Positions 18,617-28,964 of a stretch of DNA of 58,404 nt are shown here, one piece after another. Every line of letters starts with the position of its first letter. Position 1 is the first letter of the stretch. The stretch is taken from contig CAMDJN010000002.1 in assembly GCA_945900795.1 (NCBI GenBank), forward strand, positions 1 through 58,404, written 5' to 3'. A program made the position numbers and the translations under genes. The stretch is from Rickettsia typhi (lineage in GTDB: Bacteria > Pseudomonadota > Alphaproteobacteria > Rickettsiales > UBA1997). The notes beneath the pieces are model-generated. The model was not told where the DNA came from and made no database searches. It worked only from the letters and a program-made list of their open reading frames with translations.

Positions 18617-19402
18617 ATGCAACAAAAAATTCTAACGCTTCTAGAAAAAATCGGCCACTTCACTTTGATCAACATGCAGAAGCTTGGCGATATTACGTTA
18701 TTCGCTGCAAGATCAATTAAACACTGCTTCCTTCCGCCATTTTATCCACGAATAATTCTACGCCAATTTCTACGAATCGGCTATTTTTCTTTGCCAGTTG
18801 TTGGTCTTACCGCAATCTTTTCCGGAGCAGTTCTGGCTCTGCAAAGCTATTCAGGATTTTCTCGCTTCAACGCTGAGAGCGCTATTGCAACCGTGGTTGT
18901 TTTATCGATTACGCGCGAACTTGGCCCCGTGCTTGCAGGATTAATGGTTGCCGGTCGTGTTGGGGCGTCAATTGCCGCCGAACTTGGAACAATGAAAGTA
19001 ACGGAACAAATTGATGCCCTGCGCACCCTCTCCACCAATCCATTCAAATATCTCGTGGCTCCAAGAATGATCGCAGGAGTTCTAATGTTGCCCCTTCTGG
19101 TTTTAGTGGCAGACGTCATCGGCGTGATGGGCGGATATTTGGTCAGCGCGCATGTTCTCGGCTTCTCACCCGGCCCTTACATCAGCAATACTTTTAAATT
19201 TCTGGAGCAAATCGATATAGTTTCCGGACTTACAAAGGCTGGGGTTTTTGGTTTTGTGATTACGATCATGGGATGCTATTTCGGTTACAATTCTAACCGC
19301 GGTGCAGAAGGGGTAGGAATCGCCGCAACCAATGCCGTGGTATCCGCTTCGATAGTCATTCTACTTTTGAACTACATCATCACAGGTTGGTTTTTCGGAT
19401 GA
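18617..19402 (+). CDS. mlaE: Phospholipid ABC transporter permease MlaE
   Basis: 261 aa with LGPVLAGLMVAGRVGASIAAELGTMKVTEQIDAL, typical of the MlaE/Ttg2B family. Confidence 0.8.
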   Translation: MQQKILTLLEKIGHFTLINMQKLGDITLFAARSIKHCFLPPFYPRIILRQFLRIGYFSLPVVGLTAIFSGAVLALQSYSGFSRFNAESAIATVVVLSITRELGPVLAGLMVAGRVGASIAAELGTMKVTEQIDALRTLSTNPFKYLVAPRMIAGVLMLPLLVLVADVIGVMGGYLVSAHVLGFSPGPYISNTFKFLEQIDIVSGLTKAGVFGFVITIMGCYFGYNSNRGAEGVGIAATNAVVSASIVILLLNYIITGWFFG

Positions 19403-20140
19403 TGATCTGGTTAAATTTTGTGAATATTTCTCAATCGAGTGATCAACGAAATAATTAATCTTACCGCTCTTCAATCCCATCAGCAGTCCGTAAACTCTGT
19501 CCTTCAGGGTTTGAATGAGGGTTAGCTCTCTTCTTTTTCCGTCATAGTCAAAATACATTTTTTGACCAAAATGCCTGTAGCCAAAAATCAATGGCGGCAA
19601 GTTGGCAACAATGTCGATATTGTTAACCCAGCGCTCGTGCAAAAAATCACACTGTAAAACAAAGCGTTTATTTCCGATTCTTGGAGAACCATAAGTATAA
19701 AGCGCGTATGGATCGGGAAGCGCCTCATCAATCCTGCAATAAATTGCCATAATACTTACCATGGCCCCACCAAGACTATGTCCGGTAAACCAAAGTTTTT
19801 TGTTAAGACCTTTAATCGCCCTTACAATTTCAGGCCAAACCTTTTGCGCGTAGTCCTGGAAGCCATCATGGACCAATCCTTTACCGACCCTACTTCTCTT
19901 CGGCCAAGTTTTTATATCAGCCGTAATGTCAGATAATTCTTTCACTTCAGTTCCGCGGCAAACAATGATTAAATCATTCTCACTCTCCAAAATAAAAGTT
20001 TCCGCCTCGGAATTATCAATTGGCCTAACAATAAAACCATGTTTGGAAATCTCTTTATCCCGCAAATTTGGATGGTAGGATAGCTTGCTGATCAGTGCAA
20101 AAAAATTGCTGAGATGCGGCCCGTCAAAATTTGTCAGCAT
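19361..20140 (-). CDS. Class-3 (fungal-type) lipase family protein
   Basis: 259 aa with the nucleophile elbow FTGHSLGGAM. Its 3' end overlaps the mlaE 3' end by 42 nt (convergent). Confidence 0.7.
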   Translation of the reverse strand: MLTNFDGPHLSNFFALISKLSYHPNLRDKEISKHGFIVRPIDNSEAETFILESENDLIIVCRGTEVKELSDITADIKTWPKRSRVGKGLVHDGFQDYAQKVWPEIVRAIKGLNKKLWFTGHSLGGAMVSIMAIYCRIDEALPDPYALYTYGSPRIGNKRFVLQCDFLHERWVNNIDIVANLPPLIFGYRHFGQKMYFDYDGKRRELTLIQTLKDRVYGLLMGLKSGKINYFVDHSIEKYSQNLTRSSSEKPTCDDVVQK

Positions 20141-21360
20141 TATTTTTCTGCCAAAATTTTTTTAGCCAAATCTTTTCGCAACTCAACTGCCGGTTGATCA
20201 AATGGGTTTACGCCTTTAACTTTTGCAATCAAAATTACCTCCAGAAACATCTGCATCATCAAGCCGCCAAGCACTTCTTCGGTGAGTTTTTCAATTTCGA
20301 AAATGCGAATTGGAAGTTTTTTACGATTCAAAACTTCAATTGTAGTTTCTTGCTCAACCCCGACAATCTCACTTAGATTCTTGCCCCCAAACAATGTAGG
20401 ACAAGGCTTCAGGTCTTTAATCAAAAAATCACAAGCATGGGTTTTTTGAATAATAAAAGTAAAAAACTTATCCTTCGGACCATCGAGATAGAGTTGCAAT
20501 TGACTATGCTGATCTACCGTTCCCATTGAGTTTATTGGCACTGAGCCAAAACCATTTTTGCCCAAAGATTCCGCCCAAAGCTGCCGGTACCAATCAGTAA
20601 AATTTTTTAAGCTATCAATGTAGGGCATTATAACATTGTTGGTAAAACCACCCTCATAAAGAGCCAACTGAATCGCGCAAGAATCGGCAATGCGATTATT
20701 GTTCAGAAAATCATCAAGGATTTTTTGAGCGCCCTTTCTAATTTTTTTTATATCAAGACCCACGAGCATTGCTGGCAACATTCCGACAATTGAAAAGCAA
20801 GAATATCTACCGCCAATTTTTGGCGAATGCGGAACTATTTCTGCACCAATTTCTTGAGCAATTTTAGCGAGAGAGTTTGTTTGCGATTCCGTTACAAATA
20901 AAAACTGCTTAGCAAAATTTTTGATCTTCAGCTTCTTGATTTGTTCCAATATTATCAGGATCTGACAGATGGTTTCAATGGTCTCGCCTGACTTGCTGAT
21001 TGCAATAAAGAAGGTATTTTGAAAATCGATTTTGGAGAGGCAGTTCGTGATTGTTTGCGGATCAATTGATTCAAGGAACTCAACCCGATCCTGAAATTTA
21101 AGAGCGCTTAACGTTTTGCCGCCAAGGCTTGATCCGCCGACCCCAAGTATTAGAATCTTTTTGTAAGGATAAGTTTTCTCGCAGATTTTTCTAAAATTAT
21201 CTTGATCACTTTTACTAAAAATAATATCAATCGCCTGGATCTCAGAAGCCTTGATTTGCTTCGACAAATCGTCAGATAACTTGTAGCAGATTTTTTGGAA
21301 TTTTATAAAATTGTTGAGTGATTGAGTATTCTTGAAACGCTCGAAATAAAGACTTGGCAT
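20140..21360 (-). CDS. pgi: Glucose-6-phosphate isomerase (short form)
   Basis: 406 aa with GVGGSSLGGK and ISKSGETIET SIS-domain motifs. Confidence 0.8.
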   Translation of the reverse strand: MPSLYFERFKNTQSLNNFIKFQKICYKLSDDLSKQIKASEIQAIDIIFSKSDQDNFRKICEKTYPYKKILILGVGGSSLGGKTLSALKFQDRVEFLESIDPQTITNCLSKIDFQNTFFIAISKSGETIETICQILIILEQIKKLKIKNFAKQFLFVTESQTNSLAKIAQEIGAEIVPHSPKIGGRYSCFSIVGMLPAMLVGLDIKKIRKGAQKILDDFLNNNRIADSCAIQLALYEGGFTNNVIMPYIDSLKNFTDWYRQLWAESLGKNGFGSVPINSMGTVDQHSQLQLYLDGPKDKFFTFIIQKTHACDFLIKDLKPCPTLFGGKNLSEIVGVEQETTIEVLNRKKLPIRIFEIEKLTEEVLGGLMMQMFLEVILIAKVKGVNPFDQPAVELRKDLAKKILAEK

Positions 21361-21365
21361 GCTAC

Positions 21366-24230
21366 TCAGTTTTTTAGGGTTTTCGCCAAATATTTTCCTG
21401 TTACAGAATTTTTATCTTTCGCTATTTCCTCGGGAGTGCCTTCAGCAACAATATAACCACCCTTATCTCCTCCGCATGGACCAATGTCAATGATGTGATC
21501 GGCGGTTTTCAAAACATCAAGATTATGCTCAATAACCAAAATCGAATTTCCGGTTTCAACCAACTTGTGAAGCACTTTTAACAACTTGCTGATATCTTCA
21601 AAATGCAGGCCAGTCGTTGGTTCGTCAAGTATGTAAAGCGTATCTCCGGTAGCTTTACGACTAAGCTCTTTAGCAAGCTTGATCCTCTGAGCCTCACCAC
21701 CGGAAAGGGTTGTGGCGCTTTGTCCGATGCGAATATAACCAAGACCCACATCGCATAAAGCTTTGAATTTGTCGTTAATATGCGACATATTGGAAAAGAA
21801 TTCTGACGCGTCTTCGGCTGTCATTTCCAGAATATCAGAAATCGATTTTCCTTTGTACACCACCTCAAGAGTTTCGCGATTGTAACGCTTACCATGACAG
21901 GTGTCACAGCGCACGTAAACATCTGGCAAAAAGTGCATCTCGATCTTGATTAGGCCATCCCCCTGACAAGTTTCGCATCTTCCGCCCTTAACGTTAAAAG
22001 AAAATCTTCCAACCTTGTAACCACGAGATTTAGATTCTGGAAGCGCAGTAAAAAACTCACGGATAAAAGTGAATGCACCAACATAGGTGCACGGATTAGA
22101 GCGTGGCGTACGTCCAATCGGCGATTGATCAATTTCAATAATTTTATCGATAAGGTGAACGCCGCTAATTGTCTGATACGGCCCAGGAGTAACCTTCGCT
22201 TTATTAACCAATTTATCCAAGGCTGGGTAAAGCGTTTTTATGATTAAACTCGACTTTCCTCCTCCCGAAATTCCAGAAACCGCAGTAAAAACTTTGAGGG
22301 GAAGATTAAGTGTTAGATTCTTGAGATTGTTGATTGTAGCGCCTCTCAATGTAATCATCCTTTTCGGATCAATTTTGCGGCGTTTTTTTGGTATTTCGAT
22401 TTTTTTCTTACCGCTCAAAAATTGTCCGGTAACACTTTTCGGATCATTTAGAACTTCTTGGAATGTGCCGGCCGAGATGATCTCTCCCCCGTGGATTCCA
22501 GCACCCGGACCAACGTCAATTAGGTATTCCGCTTCTCGCATCATCTCTTCGTCATGCTCAACAACGATGACCGAATTTCCTAGATCACGCAGATTTTTCA
22601 AAGTGGTAATCAGCTTGTCATTGTCGGATTGGTGTAGACCAATTGAGGGCTCATCAAGCACGTATAGCACGCCGGAAAGTCCGGAACCTATCTGAGATGC
22701 CAGACGAATTCGTTGAGCCTCGCCACCAGAAAGAGTGCCCGCTTCACGATTTACGGTTAGATATTCCAGGCCTACATTACGCAAGAATCCTAGGCGACGC
22801 GTAATTTCTTTAAGTAGGCGCTCTGCAATCTGAGACTGCATATTGGTTAATCTTGAATCCAATTCAGAAAACCATTTACTAGCTTTTTCGATCGACATCG
22901 CACTGACTTCTCCGACATGTAAGCCGTCAATTTTAACCGAAAGTGCCTGTTCATTCAAACGAGTACCGCGGCATGTTTCGCAAATTTTGATAGTTTGAAA
23001 TTTCGTCAATTCTTCGTGAGCAGAATCATTGTCGCTTTCGTTTAATCTTTTTTTCAAAATATTTACAACACCTTCAAATGGCTTTTTTACCTTAACCGCC
23101 TTAAGCCCATCTTCAATTTTTATTTCAACTTTCTCGTCACCAGTTCCGTAGAAAATTTTATTTTTTATATCGGCAGAAAGCGTTTTAAAAGGAACATCAA
23201 GACTGAAGCCATAATGCGCTGCCATGGCCTGCAAAATTTGTTGATAGAAACGCTCTTGAACTCCTTGCCAAATCGCAATCGCACCCTGTCTAAGAGAAAA
23301 ATTTTCATCCTCTATCATCAAATCTTCACTGAAATAAAGCTCAGTGCCAAGTCCGTCACAAGCTTTGCATGCGCCGAATGGGGAGTTAAAGGAAAATAAT
23401 CTTGGCTCGATTTCCACGATGGTAAATCCCGAAACCGGACAAGAAAACTTTTCACTGAAGACCAAAATATCACCGTTTTTATGAGGAGATTTTGCGCTGC
23501 TAGGCATGGCCACTATCTCAACGTGAAGTATTCCTTCAGAGGTTTTTAATGCGGTTTCAACCGAGTCTGCAAGCCTATTTCCTAAATCTTCAGAAATTAT
23601 CAGACGATCAACCACAATCTCGATATCGTGTTTTTTATTCTTGTCGAGCACCGGAAGAATATCGTTTAAATCACGAATTTCTCCATCAATTTTTATACGC
23701 TGAAAGCCTTGTTTACGGACATTCATCATTTCTTTACGAAATTCACCTTTTTGTCCACGGACGATCGGGGCGATTATATAAATTTTGGTTTTTTTTGGAA
23801 GAAGTGAAATTTTATCAACCATCACCGAAGCAGACTGACTCTCAATCGGCTTCCCGGTTTCAGGAGAATATGGCACACCAATACGCGCAAAAAGAAGACG
23901 AAAATGATCGTAAATTTCTGTTACGGTTCCTACGGTTGAGCGAGGATTTTTTGAGGTTGTTTTTTGATCAATTGCAATTGCGGGAGAAAGGCCGGTTATA
24001 GATTCGACATTTGGCTTATCTTGTAAATCCAAAAATTGTCGAGCGTAGGAGGAGAGGCTTTCTATAAAGCGTCGTTGACCTTCTGCATAAATCGTATCAA
24101 AGACTAGGGAAGACTTCCCAGATCCACTTAATCCAGTTACAACAACGAGTTTATTTTTTGGTATTTCAATACTAACATTCTTTAGATTGTGCTCTTTTGC
24201 ACCAGTAACTTTAATGAATTTTTCTTCCAT
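21366..24230 (-). CDS. uvrA: Excinuclease ABC subunit A
   Basis: 954 aa with two ABC modules ([18 protein letters not shown]), LSGGE signatures and CxxC zinc modules. Confidence 0.95.
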   Translation of the reverse strand: MEEKFIKVTGAKEHNLKNVSIEIPKNKLVVVTGLSGSGKSSLVFDTIYAEGQRRFIESLSSYARQFLDLQDKPNVESITGLSPAIAIDQKTTSKNPRSTVGTVTEIYDHFRLLFARIGVPYSPETGKPIESQSASVMVDKISLLPKKTKIYIIAPIVRGQKGEFRKEMMNVRKQGFQRIKIDGEIRDLNDILPVLDKNKKHDIEIVVDRLIISEDLGNRLADSVETALKTSEGILHVEIVAMPSSAKSPHKNGDILVFSEKFSCPVSGFTIVEIEPRLFSFNSPFGACKACDGLGTELYFSEDLMIEDENFSLRQGAIAIWQGVQERFYQQILQAMAAHYGFSLDVPFKTLSADIKNKIFYGTGDEKVEIKIEDGLKAVKVKKPFEGVVNILKKRLNESDNDSAHEELTKFQTIKICETCRGTRLNEQALSVKIDGLHVGEVSAMSIEKASKWFSELDSRLTNMQSQIAERLLKEITRRLGFLRNVGLEYLTVNREAGTLSGGEAQRIRLASQIGSGLSGVLYVLDEPSIGLHQSDNDKLITTLKNLRDLGNSVIVVEHDEEMMREAEYLIDVGPGAGIHGGEIISAGTFQEVLNDPKSVTGQFLSGKKKIEIPKKRRKIDPKRMITLRGATINNLKNLTLNLPLKVFTAVSGISGGGKSSLIIKTLYPALDKLVNKAKVTPGPYQTISGVHLIDKIIEIDQSPIGRTPRSNPCTYVGAFTFIREFFTALPESKSRGYKVGRFSFNVKGGRCETCQGDGLIKIEMHFLPDVYVRCDTCHGKRYNRETLEVVYKGKSISDILEMTAEDASEFFSNMSHINDKFKALCDVGLGYIRIGQSATTLSGGEAQRIKLAKELSRKATGDTLYILDEPTTGLHFEDISKLLKVLHKLVETGNSILVIEHNLDVLKTADHIIDIGPCGGDKGGYIVAEGTPEEIAKDKNSVTGKYLAKTLKN

Positions 24231-24328
24231 GAGTTTGGTTTGTTTTTATCCCAAATCAATCATCAGAATCGTCCATAATTTCGCTAATATTTAGTAAAAT
24301 ATGGAGGGCTCTAGCGATAGACCTGGGT

Positions 24329-25378
24329 TTAATCTTGTTGTCTTATCAGTTTTGTTAAAAACTCGACATTTTCGATTGGTGTTTCTGGCAGTATTCCATG
24401 ACCTAGATTGAAAATAAACGGACGACTTCCTAACTCTTTCAAGATCGTTAAAACCTCTTTCTCTATCTCTTTTTTTGAACCAAATGCTAAAAGAAAATTA
24501 TCCAAATTTCCCTGGATAATAACATCAGTTTTTGTTTGTAAATTACTCTTAACAAAATCGTGACTTATATTTTGATCTATCGCCAATCCATGAGGATTTA
24601 CACTATGTACAAATTCTTCGTACATCGTTCCAATTCCACGTGGAAAGCATATAATTGGAATTGTTGGATATTTTTTTCTTATCTCAGAAACAATTTTTTT
24701 TGTCGGCTCCAAAACCCATTTTTTTAATTGGTGAGGTGGCAAAATTCCCGCCCAAGAGTCAAATAATTTTACAACATTAACTCCCGCTTCGATTTGATTT
24801 GAAACGTGTTGTATCACACTTTCCGAAAGAATATTGATTAACTCTAAAAAAAATTCTTCGTTACAAATTGCAGCTTTACGCACTAGAGAAAAATCTTTAG
24901 AACCTCCCCCTTCAATCATGTAGCAGGCAAGAGTAAATGGTGACCCTGAAAATCCTATAAGATCCTTTTCTCCATTAAATTCTAAATCCAACCTTATCTT
25001 TGTAAGCTCTATCGCTTCATAAACTTTTCTTAAATGAGAATTTACATTGTTAATATTTAAATGTTTTAACTCACTTGAGTTAGAAATTCTTTGTAATTTA
25101 GGACCAATCCCTTCAATAAATTCAACCTTAATCCCTAAAGCTTCAGGTAAAACAAGAATATCTGAAAAAATTATAGCAGCATCAAAACCAAATCTACGAA
25201 TCGGTTGTAACGTGACTTCACAAGCTAGTTCCGGTGTGTAACAGAGTTCTAAAAAATTTTTTACCGAAGATCTAACCTCTCGATATTCAGGAAGATACCT
25301 TCCGGCTTGTCTCATTATCCAAATTGGTGGAGTCGGGAAATTTTCTTTTTTGGAAAGGATTTTAAATAATTTATTCAT
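24329..25378 (-). CDS. hemE: Uroporphyrinogen decarboxylase
   Basis: 349 aa with the PIWIMRQAGRYLPEYR motif. Confidence 0.9.
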   Translation of the reverse strand: MNKLFKILSKKENFPTPPIWIMRQAGRYLPEYREVRSSVKNFLELCYTPELACEVTLQPIRRFGFDAAIIFSDILVLPEALGIKVEFIEGIGPKLQRISNSSELKHLNINNVNSHLRKVYEAIELTKIRLDLEFNGEKDLIGFSGSPFTLACYMIEGGGSKDFSLVRKAAICNEEFFLELINILSESVIQHVSNQIEAGVNVVKLFDSWAGILPPHQLKKWVLEPTKKIVSEIRKKYPTIPIICFPRGIGTMYEEFVHSVNPHGLAIDQNISHDFVKSNLQTKTDVIIQGNLDNFLLAFGSKKEIEKEVLTILKELGSRPFIFNLGHGILPETPIENVEFLTKLIRQQD

Positions 25379-25644
25379 TTAATTCTTTTAGATGTTATTA
25401 ATAAGGTTGTGGATTTCTTATTAAGATTTTTAACAAATTACTAACTTTTTTAATAACAAGGTAATGCCTTATAAACCAAGGCTATAGCGAATATTGTTAA
25501 CAGGTAAAAAATTTTAAAAAAACTTTATTTAACAGAAAGATTTCTGTGAAGAAATTGTGAAGAAATTTAATAAATTTTTTTCAAAAATAGGATCTGTTAG
25601 TTAGATGAAGGTTATTAACAAATTGTAAACAGAGGAATTAACAA
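25379..25644. other. Candidate chromosomal replication origin (hemE-adjacent AT-rich spacer)
   Basis: 266-bp very AT-rich spacer upstream of hemE. It contains a DnaA-box-like AAATCCACA (reverse complement of 25408-25416) and a tandem TGTGAAGAAAT x2 (25545-25566; reverse complement TTCTTCACA-like). It also has two TTAACAAATT-N-TAAC sites resembling CtrA TTAA-N7-TTAAC (25430-25446, 25615-25630). Confidence 0.4.
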
Positions 25645-25911
25645 GTGAGAAGAAGAGAAAGAATGGAGGAAATTTTGCAGAAAAATTTTCAACCGGAAAC
25701 AATGGAGCTGCTAGACAAATCAAACCTTCATCGCGGACATTCAGAAGTAGGAGATGGCGAGGAAACTCATTTTGAGCTTACAATAAAATCTAAAAAACTA
25801 AGCAACGTAAGTAAGGTAGAGTCTCATCGAAAAATAAATTCACTTTTAGCTGATGAGTTTAAGTCTGGGCTGCACGCGTTGGAAATTAAGGTCTTAATCC
25901 AAAAGATTTAG
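25645..25911 (+). CDS. BolA-family protein
   Basis: 88 aa with SNLHRGH and GLHALEIK motifs. ATG at 25663 is a likely alternative to GTG at 25645. Confidence 0.7.
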   Translation: MRRRERMEEILQKNFQPETMELLDKSNLHRGHSEVGDGEETHFELTIKSKKLSNVSKVESHRKINSLLADEFKSGLHALEIKVLIQKI

Positions 25912-25929
25912 GACGACCATTAATTCGTA

Positions 25930-26313
25930 TCACGCATCCCTCTTCTTTTTGTAATCCTTGATTGCAGCCTTTATAGCCTCTTCTGCCAGAACAGAGCAGT
26001 GAATTTTTACCGGAGGAAGCGAAAGCTCTTGGGCAATTTCTTTGTTGGTAATGGTTGCTGCAAAATCAACATTTCGTCCTTTAATCCATTCTGTTGCGAG
26101 TGAGCTGGAAGCAATTGCGGAACCGCACCCAAAGGTTTTGAATTTTGCATCGGTAATTATTCCATCATCAGAAACTTTAATCTGAAGCTTCATCACGTCG
26201 CCACAAGCCGGCGCACCGACAAGTCCGGTTCCAACATTTTTTTCGTCTTTAGAAAAAGACCCAACATTTTGTGGGTTTTCGTAGTGGTTTAAAAGTTTTT
26301 CTGAATAAGCCAT
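25930..26313 (-). CDS. iscU: Fe-S cluster scaffold IscU
   Basis: 127 aa with GAPACGD, FGCGSAIASSS and LPPVKIHCS motifs. Confidence 0.9.
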   Translation of the reverse strand: MAYSEKLLNHYENPQNVGSFSKDEKNVGTGLVGAPACGDVMKLQIKVSDDGIITDAKFKTFGCGSAIASSSLATEWIKGRNVDFAATITNKEIAQELSLPPVKIHCSVLAEEAIKAAIKDYKKKRDA

Positions 26314-26326
26314 TTTTTCTCCTGTT

Positions 26327-27547
26327 TTAGTGTGATTTCCAATTGATTGACTTGATGTCGATTCCTTCCTGCATCATTTCCCAAAGCGGACTTAACTCGC
26401 GGAGTTTATGAATTTTGCTGGCGATTAGATCGGTAGCAAAATTGATTTCTTCCTCAGTGGTAAAGCGGCCGATGCCAAAGCGAATCGAAGTGTGAGCAAG
26501 TTCGTCTTCAACGCCGAGCGAGTGTAAAACGTAAGACGGTTCAAGCGAAGAAGAAGTGCAGGCTGAGCCTGATGAAACAGCTAAATCCTTGATTGCCATG
26601 ATCATTGACTCGCCCTCGATTCCAGCGAAACTTAGGTTTAAATTTCCCAACCAACGCTTGCAAGGATCTTCTATTGATGGACCGTTCAGGTAGACGTGTG
26701 TTGCCTTCATCACCCCATCGTAAAGTTTTTTGCTAAGCTTTTGGATGAGAAGAAAATCTTTTTCCATTTCATTTTTTGCGATTTCTGCAGCTTTTCCAAG
26801 TCCGACTACAAGCGGTGTGGGGGCCGTGCCAGATCTGATTCCGCGCTCCTGTCCTCCGCCGCTAAAAATTGACTTAATTCGTACTCGCGGTTTACGACGA
26901 ATGTAGATTGCGCCGATGCCCTTTGGTCCATAAATCTTGTGGCCTGAAATGCTCATCAAATCAATGTTCATCGCATTAACATCGAGAGGAATTTTTCCAA
27001 AAGCCTGCGCCGCATCGGTGTGAAAGAGGGCGCCTTTTTTTCGACAAAGCGCGCCAATTTCCTTGATTGGTTGAATGGCGCCAATTTCATTATTGACTGT
27101 CATTATTGAAACCAGGCAAGTCTTGTCAGTAATTGCAGCTTCGAGTTGATCAAGGTCGATGATTCCGTTTTTTTGTACTGACAAGAAGGTAGCTTCAAAG
27201 CCTTCTTGCTCAAGGTCGCGCACGGAATTGATCACGCATTTATGCTCAGTTGCAATTGTGATAATGTGATTTTTTGTACTACCGAGAAACCGCGCCACAC
27301 CTTTGATGGCGATGTTGTTAGATTCGGTTGCGCCAGAGGTAAAAACTATCTCCTTTGGATCGGCATTGATTAAATCTGCCACCTGCCTGCGAGCAATTTC
27401 TACCAGCTCTTCCGCCTTCCAGCCCAAGCTGTGCGTACGCGAATGTGGGTTGCCGAAATCTTCGCGCATAGCTTTGGTTACGACATCGATTACGCGAGGA
27501 TCCATTGGAGTCGTGGATTGGTAGTCGAGATAAATGGGGAGTTTCAT
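26327..27547 (-). CDS. iscS: Cysteine desulfurase IscS
   Basis: 406 aa with [14 protein letters not shown], the PLP lysine in [10 protein letters not shown], and the SSGSACTS active-site loop. Confidence 0.9.
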   Translation of the reverse strand: MKLPIYLDYQSTTPMDPRVIDVVTKAMREDFGNPHSRTHSLGWKAEELVEIARRQVADLINADPKEIVFTSGATESNNIAIKGVARFLGSTKNHIITIATEHKCVINSVRDLEQEGFEATFLSVQKNGIIDLDQLEAAITDKTCLVSIMTVNNEIGAIQPIKEIGALCRKKGALFHTDAAQAFGKIPLDVNAMNIDLMSISGHKIYGPKGIGAIYIRRKPRVRIKSIFSGGGQERGIRSGTAPTPLVVGLGKAAEIAKNEMEKDFLLIQKLSKKLYDGVMKATHVYLNGPSIEDPCKRWLGNLNLSFAGIEGESMIMAIKDLAVSSGSACTSSSLEPSYVLHSLGVEDELAHTSIRFGIGRFTTEEEINFATDLIASKIHKLRELSPLWEMMQEGIDIKSINWKSH

Positions 27548-28662
27548 GTGTTTTTTTTGTAAAATTCTTTCCAGATTTTGATAAACTTTTCTACTTCGTC
27601 ATGAGTATTTTGCGCTCCCAGGCTCACACGAATTGCAGAGTTAGAAAAGGCCGGATCAACTAGCATCGCCTTCAAAACTCGTGATTCACGTAAGGTGCCA
27701 GAGGAACATGCCGCTCCAGCGCTAACGCAGATTCCATTCAAATCAAAATTAATCAATTGTGTTTGGCTATCAAACTTTTTAGTGGCGATATAGCTAGTGT
27801 TCGGAAGGCGCTCGATATTTTGTGAGAAAATTTTTACGTTCTCGCCACCGACTTCTTGGACTTCCTTTTCTAGGAAGTCACGTAGTTCAGAAATTTTTTG
27901 ATATTTAGCAAGACTTGATTTTGCTAGTTTACAAGCCTCTCCAAACCCAACGATCCCCGCCACGTTTAGAGTTCCTCCGCGTTTAGACTTCTCTTGTCCG
28001 CTTCCGTAAATTAGCGGTTTGATGTCCAGGCCTTTACGAATTAGCAACGCTCCAACTCCTTGCGGACCGTTGATTTTATGGGCTGAAATTGAAGCGAAAT
28101 CAACATTAAGATTTTCCAGATCGACTTCAATTTTTCCGGCAGCCTGAACAATGTCGCAATGGATGAGTCCGCCTTTCTGATGCACTAATTTTGTAATTTC
28201 AGAAATTGGCTGAATAGCTCCGGTTTCGTTCTGAGCAAGCATTGCAGATGTTAGGAAGCTCAAAGTCGGATCACCTTCTGCAGCCTCTCTTATTTTTGTT
28301 TTAAGATCAGAAATGCTGACTAGGCCATCTTTTGTAGCGTCAATTTCAACGACTCTTTTTCCGTGGGGTCGACAATTGTAAACCGAATTATGCTCAATTT
28401 TGCTGAAGAAAATTTTGTCTACTTCAGTCCCAAATATCGCGCTATTTGTGGCTTCAGTGGCGCTGCTGGTAAAAATTATTTCATAGTTTTCAGCGTTTAG
28501 AAATTTTTTTACCTCTTGCCTCGCGGCTTCAACCAGGCCATTTGCACGCTGCCCCAGTTGATGAGCGGATGAGGAATTTAGAGGCGCCCCATAAGCCTCA
28601 ACCATCTTAGCCAAAACCTCGGGAGCCAATTTAGTGGTGGAGTTGTGATCAAAGTAAATCAT
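27544..28662 (-). CDS. Second class-V aminotransferase / NifS-like cysteine desulfurase
   Basis: 372 aa with the PLP lysine in [10 protein letters not shown] and a SAGAACSSG Cys loop. Overlaps the iscS start by 4 nt. Confidence 0.8.
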   Translation of the reverse strand: MIYFDHNSTTKLAPEVLAKMVEAYGAPLNSSSAHQLGQRANGLVEAARQEVKKFLNAENYEIIFTSSATEATNSAIFGTEVDKIFFSKIEHNSVYNCRPHGKRVVEIDATKDGLVSISDLKTKIREAAEGDPTLSFLTSAMLAQNETGAIQPISEITKLVHQKGGLIHCDIVQAAGKIEVDLENLNVDFASISAHKINGPQGVGALLIRKGLDIKPLIYGSGQEKSKRGGTLNVAGIVGFGEACKLAKSSLAKYQKISELRDFLEKEVQEVGGENVKIFSQNIERLPNTSYIATKKFDSQTQLINFDLNGICVSAGAACSSGTLRESRVLKAMLVDPAFSNSAIRVSLGAQNTHDEVEKFIKIWKEFYKKNT

Positions 28663-28964
28663 GCGATTGAACCTAATTTGCTTGGTTGATTTTAACTTAA
28701 GGCGTTTTTAGCGTAAAAAGACTGCCCACTTTGTAGATGTAGATAGGTTGCGTCATGCATCCTAGTCTCGCTTTTATTAACTGCTAGCCGTTGCTTCCAA
28801 GAGCCTGTTTAAATCTTTTTGCCAGAAGGGGCCCATGTCCAGGGCTCATGCCCATCTTTATATTTCCAGAAGTAGTAAAAATTCTAACTTCCGGGATTAT
28901 CAAGCGTGAGTGAAAAGATCTTGAATAGGTTCTAAAGTCAACTTCAAGCGCAACCCCCTTACTT

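Noticed and set aside
18422-18675. ORFs 18422-18625 and 18466-18675 (minus strand), and the similar 31661-31855 ORF, share the peptide ..FFTSHSRRPPKIKQLGGNPNI..
   Set aside because: The shared peptide is simply the translation of the dispersed repeat (modules A and B). The ORFs differ outside the repeat and lack starts with RBS context, so they are treated as repeat artefacts rather than genes.
22240-24001. Long plus-strand ORFs (151 aa and 150 aa) inside uvrA, and similar antisense ORFs inside rpsA, ggt, clpX, virB4 and guaB
   Set aside because: These are shadow ORFs opposite strongly conserved genes with no motifs of their own. They are common in long conserved coding regions.
26327-28662. 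Two tandem cysteine desulfurase genes as a possible oddity
   Set aside because: An IscS plus NifS-like pair upstream of iscU is, as far as I recall, an ordinary arrangement in Rickettsiales-type genomes. Both ORFs look intact.
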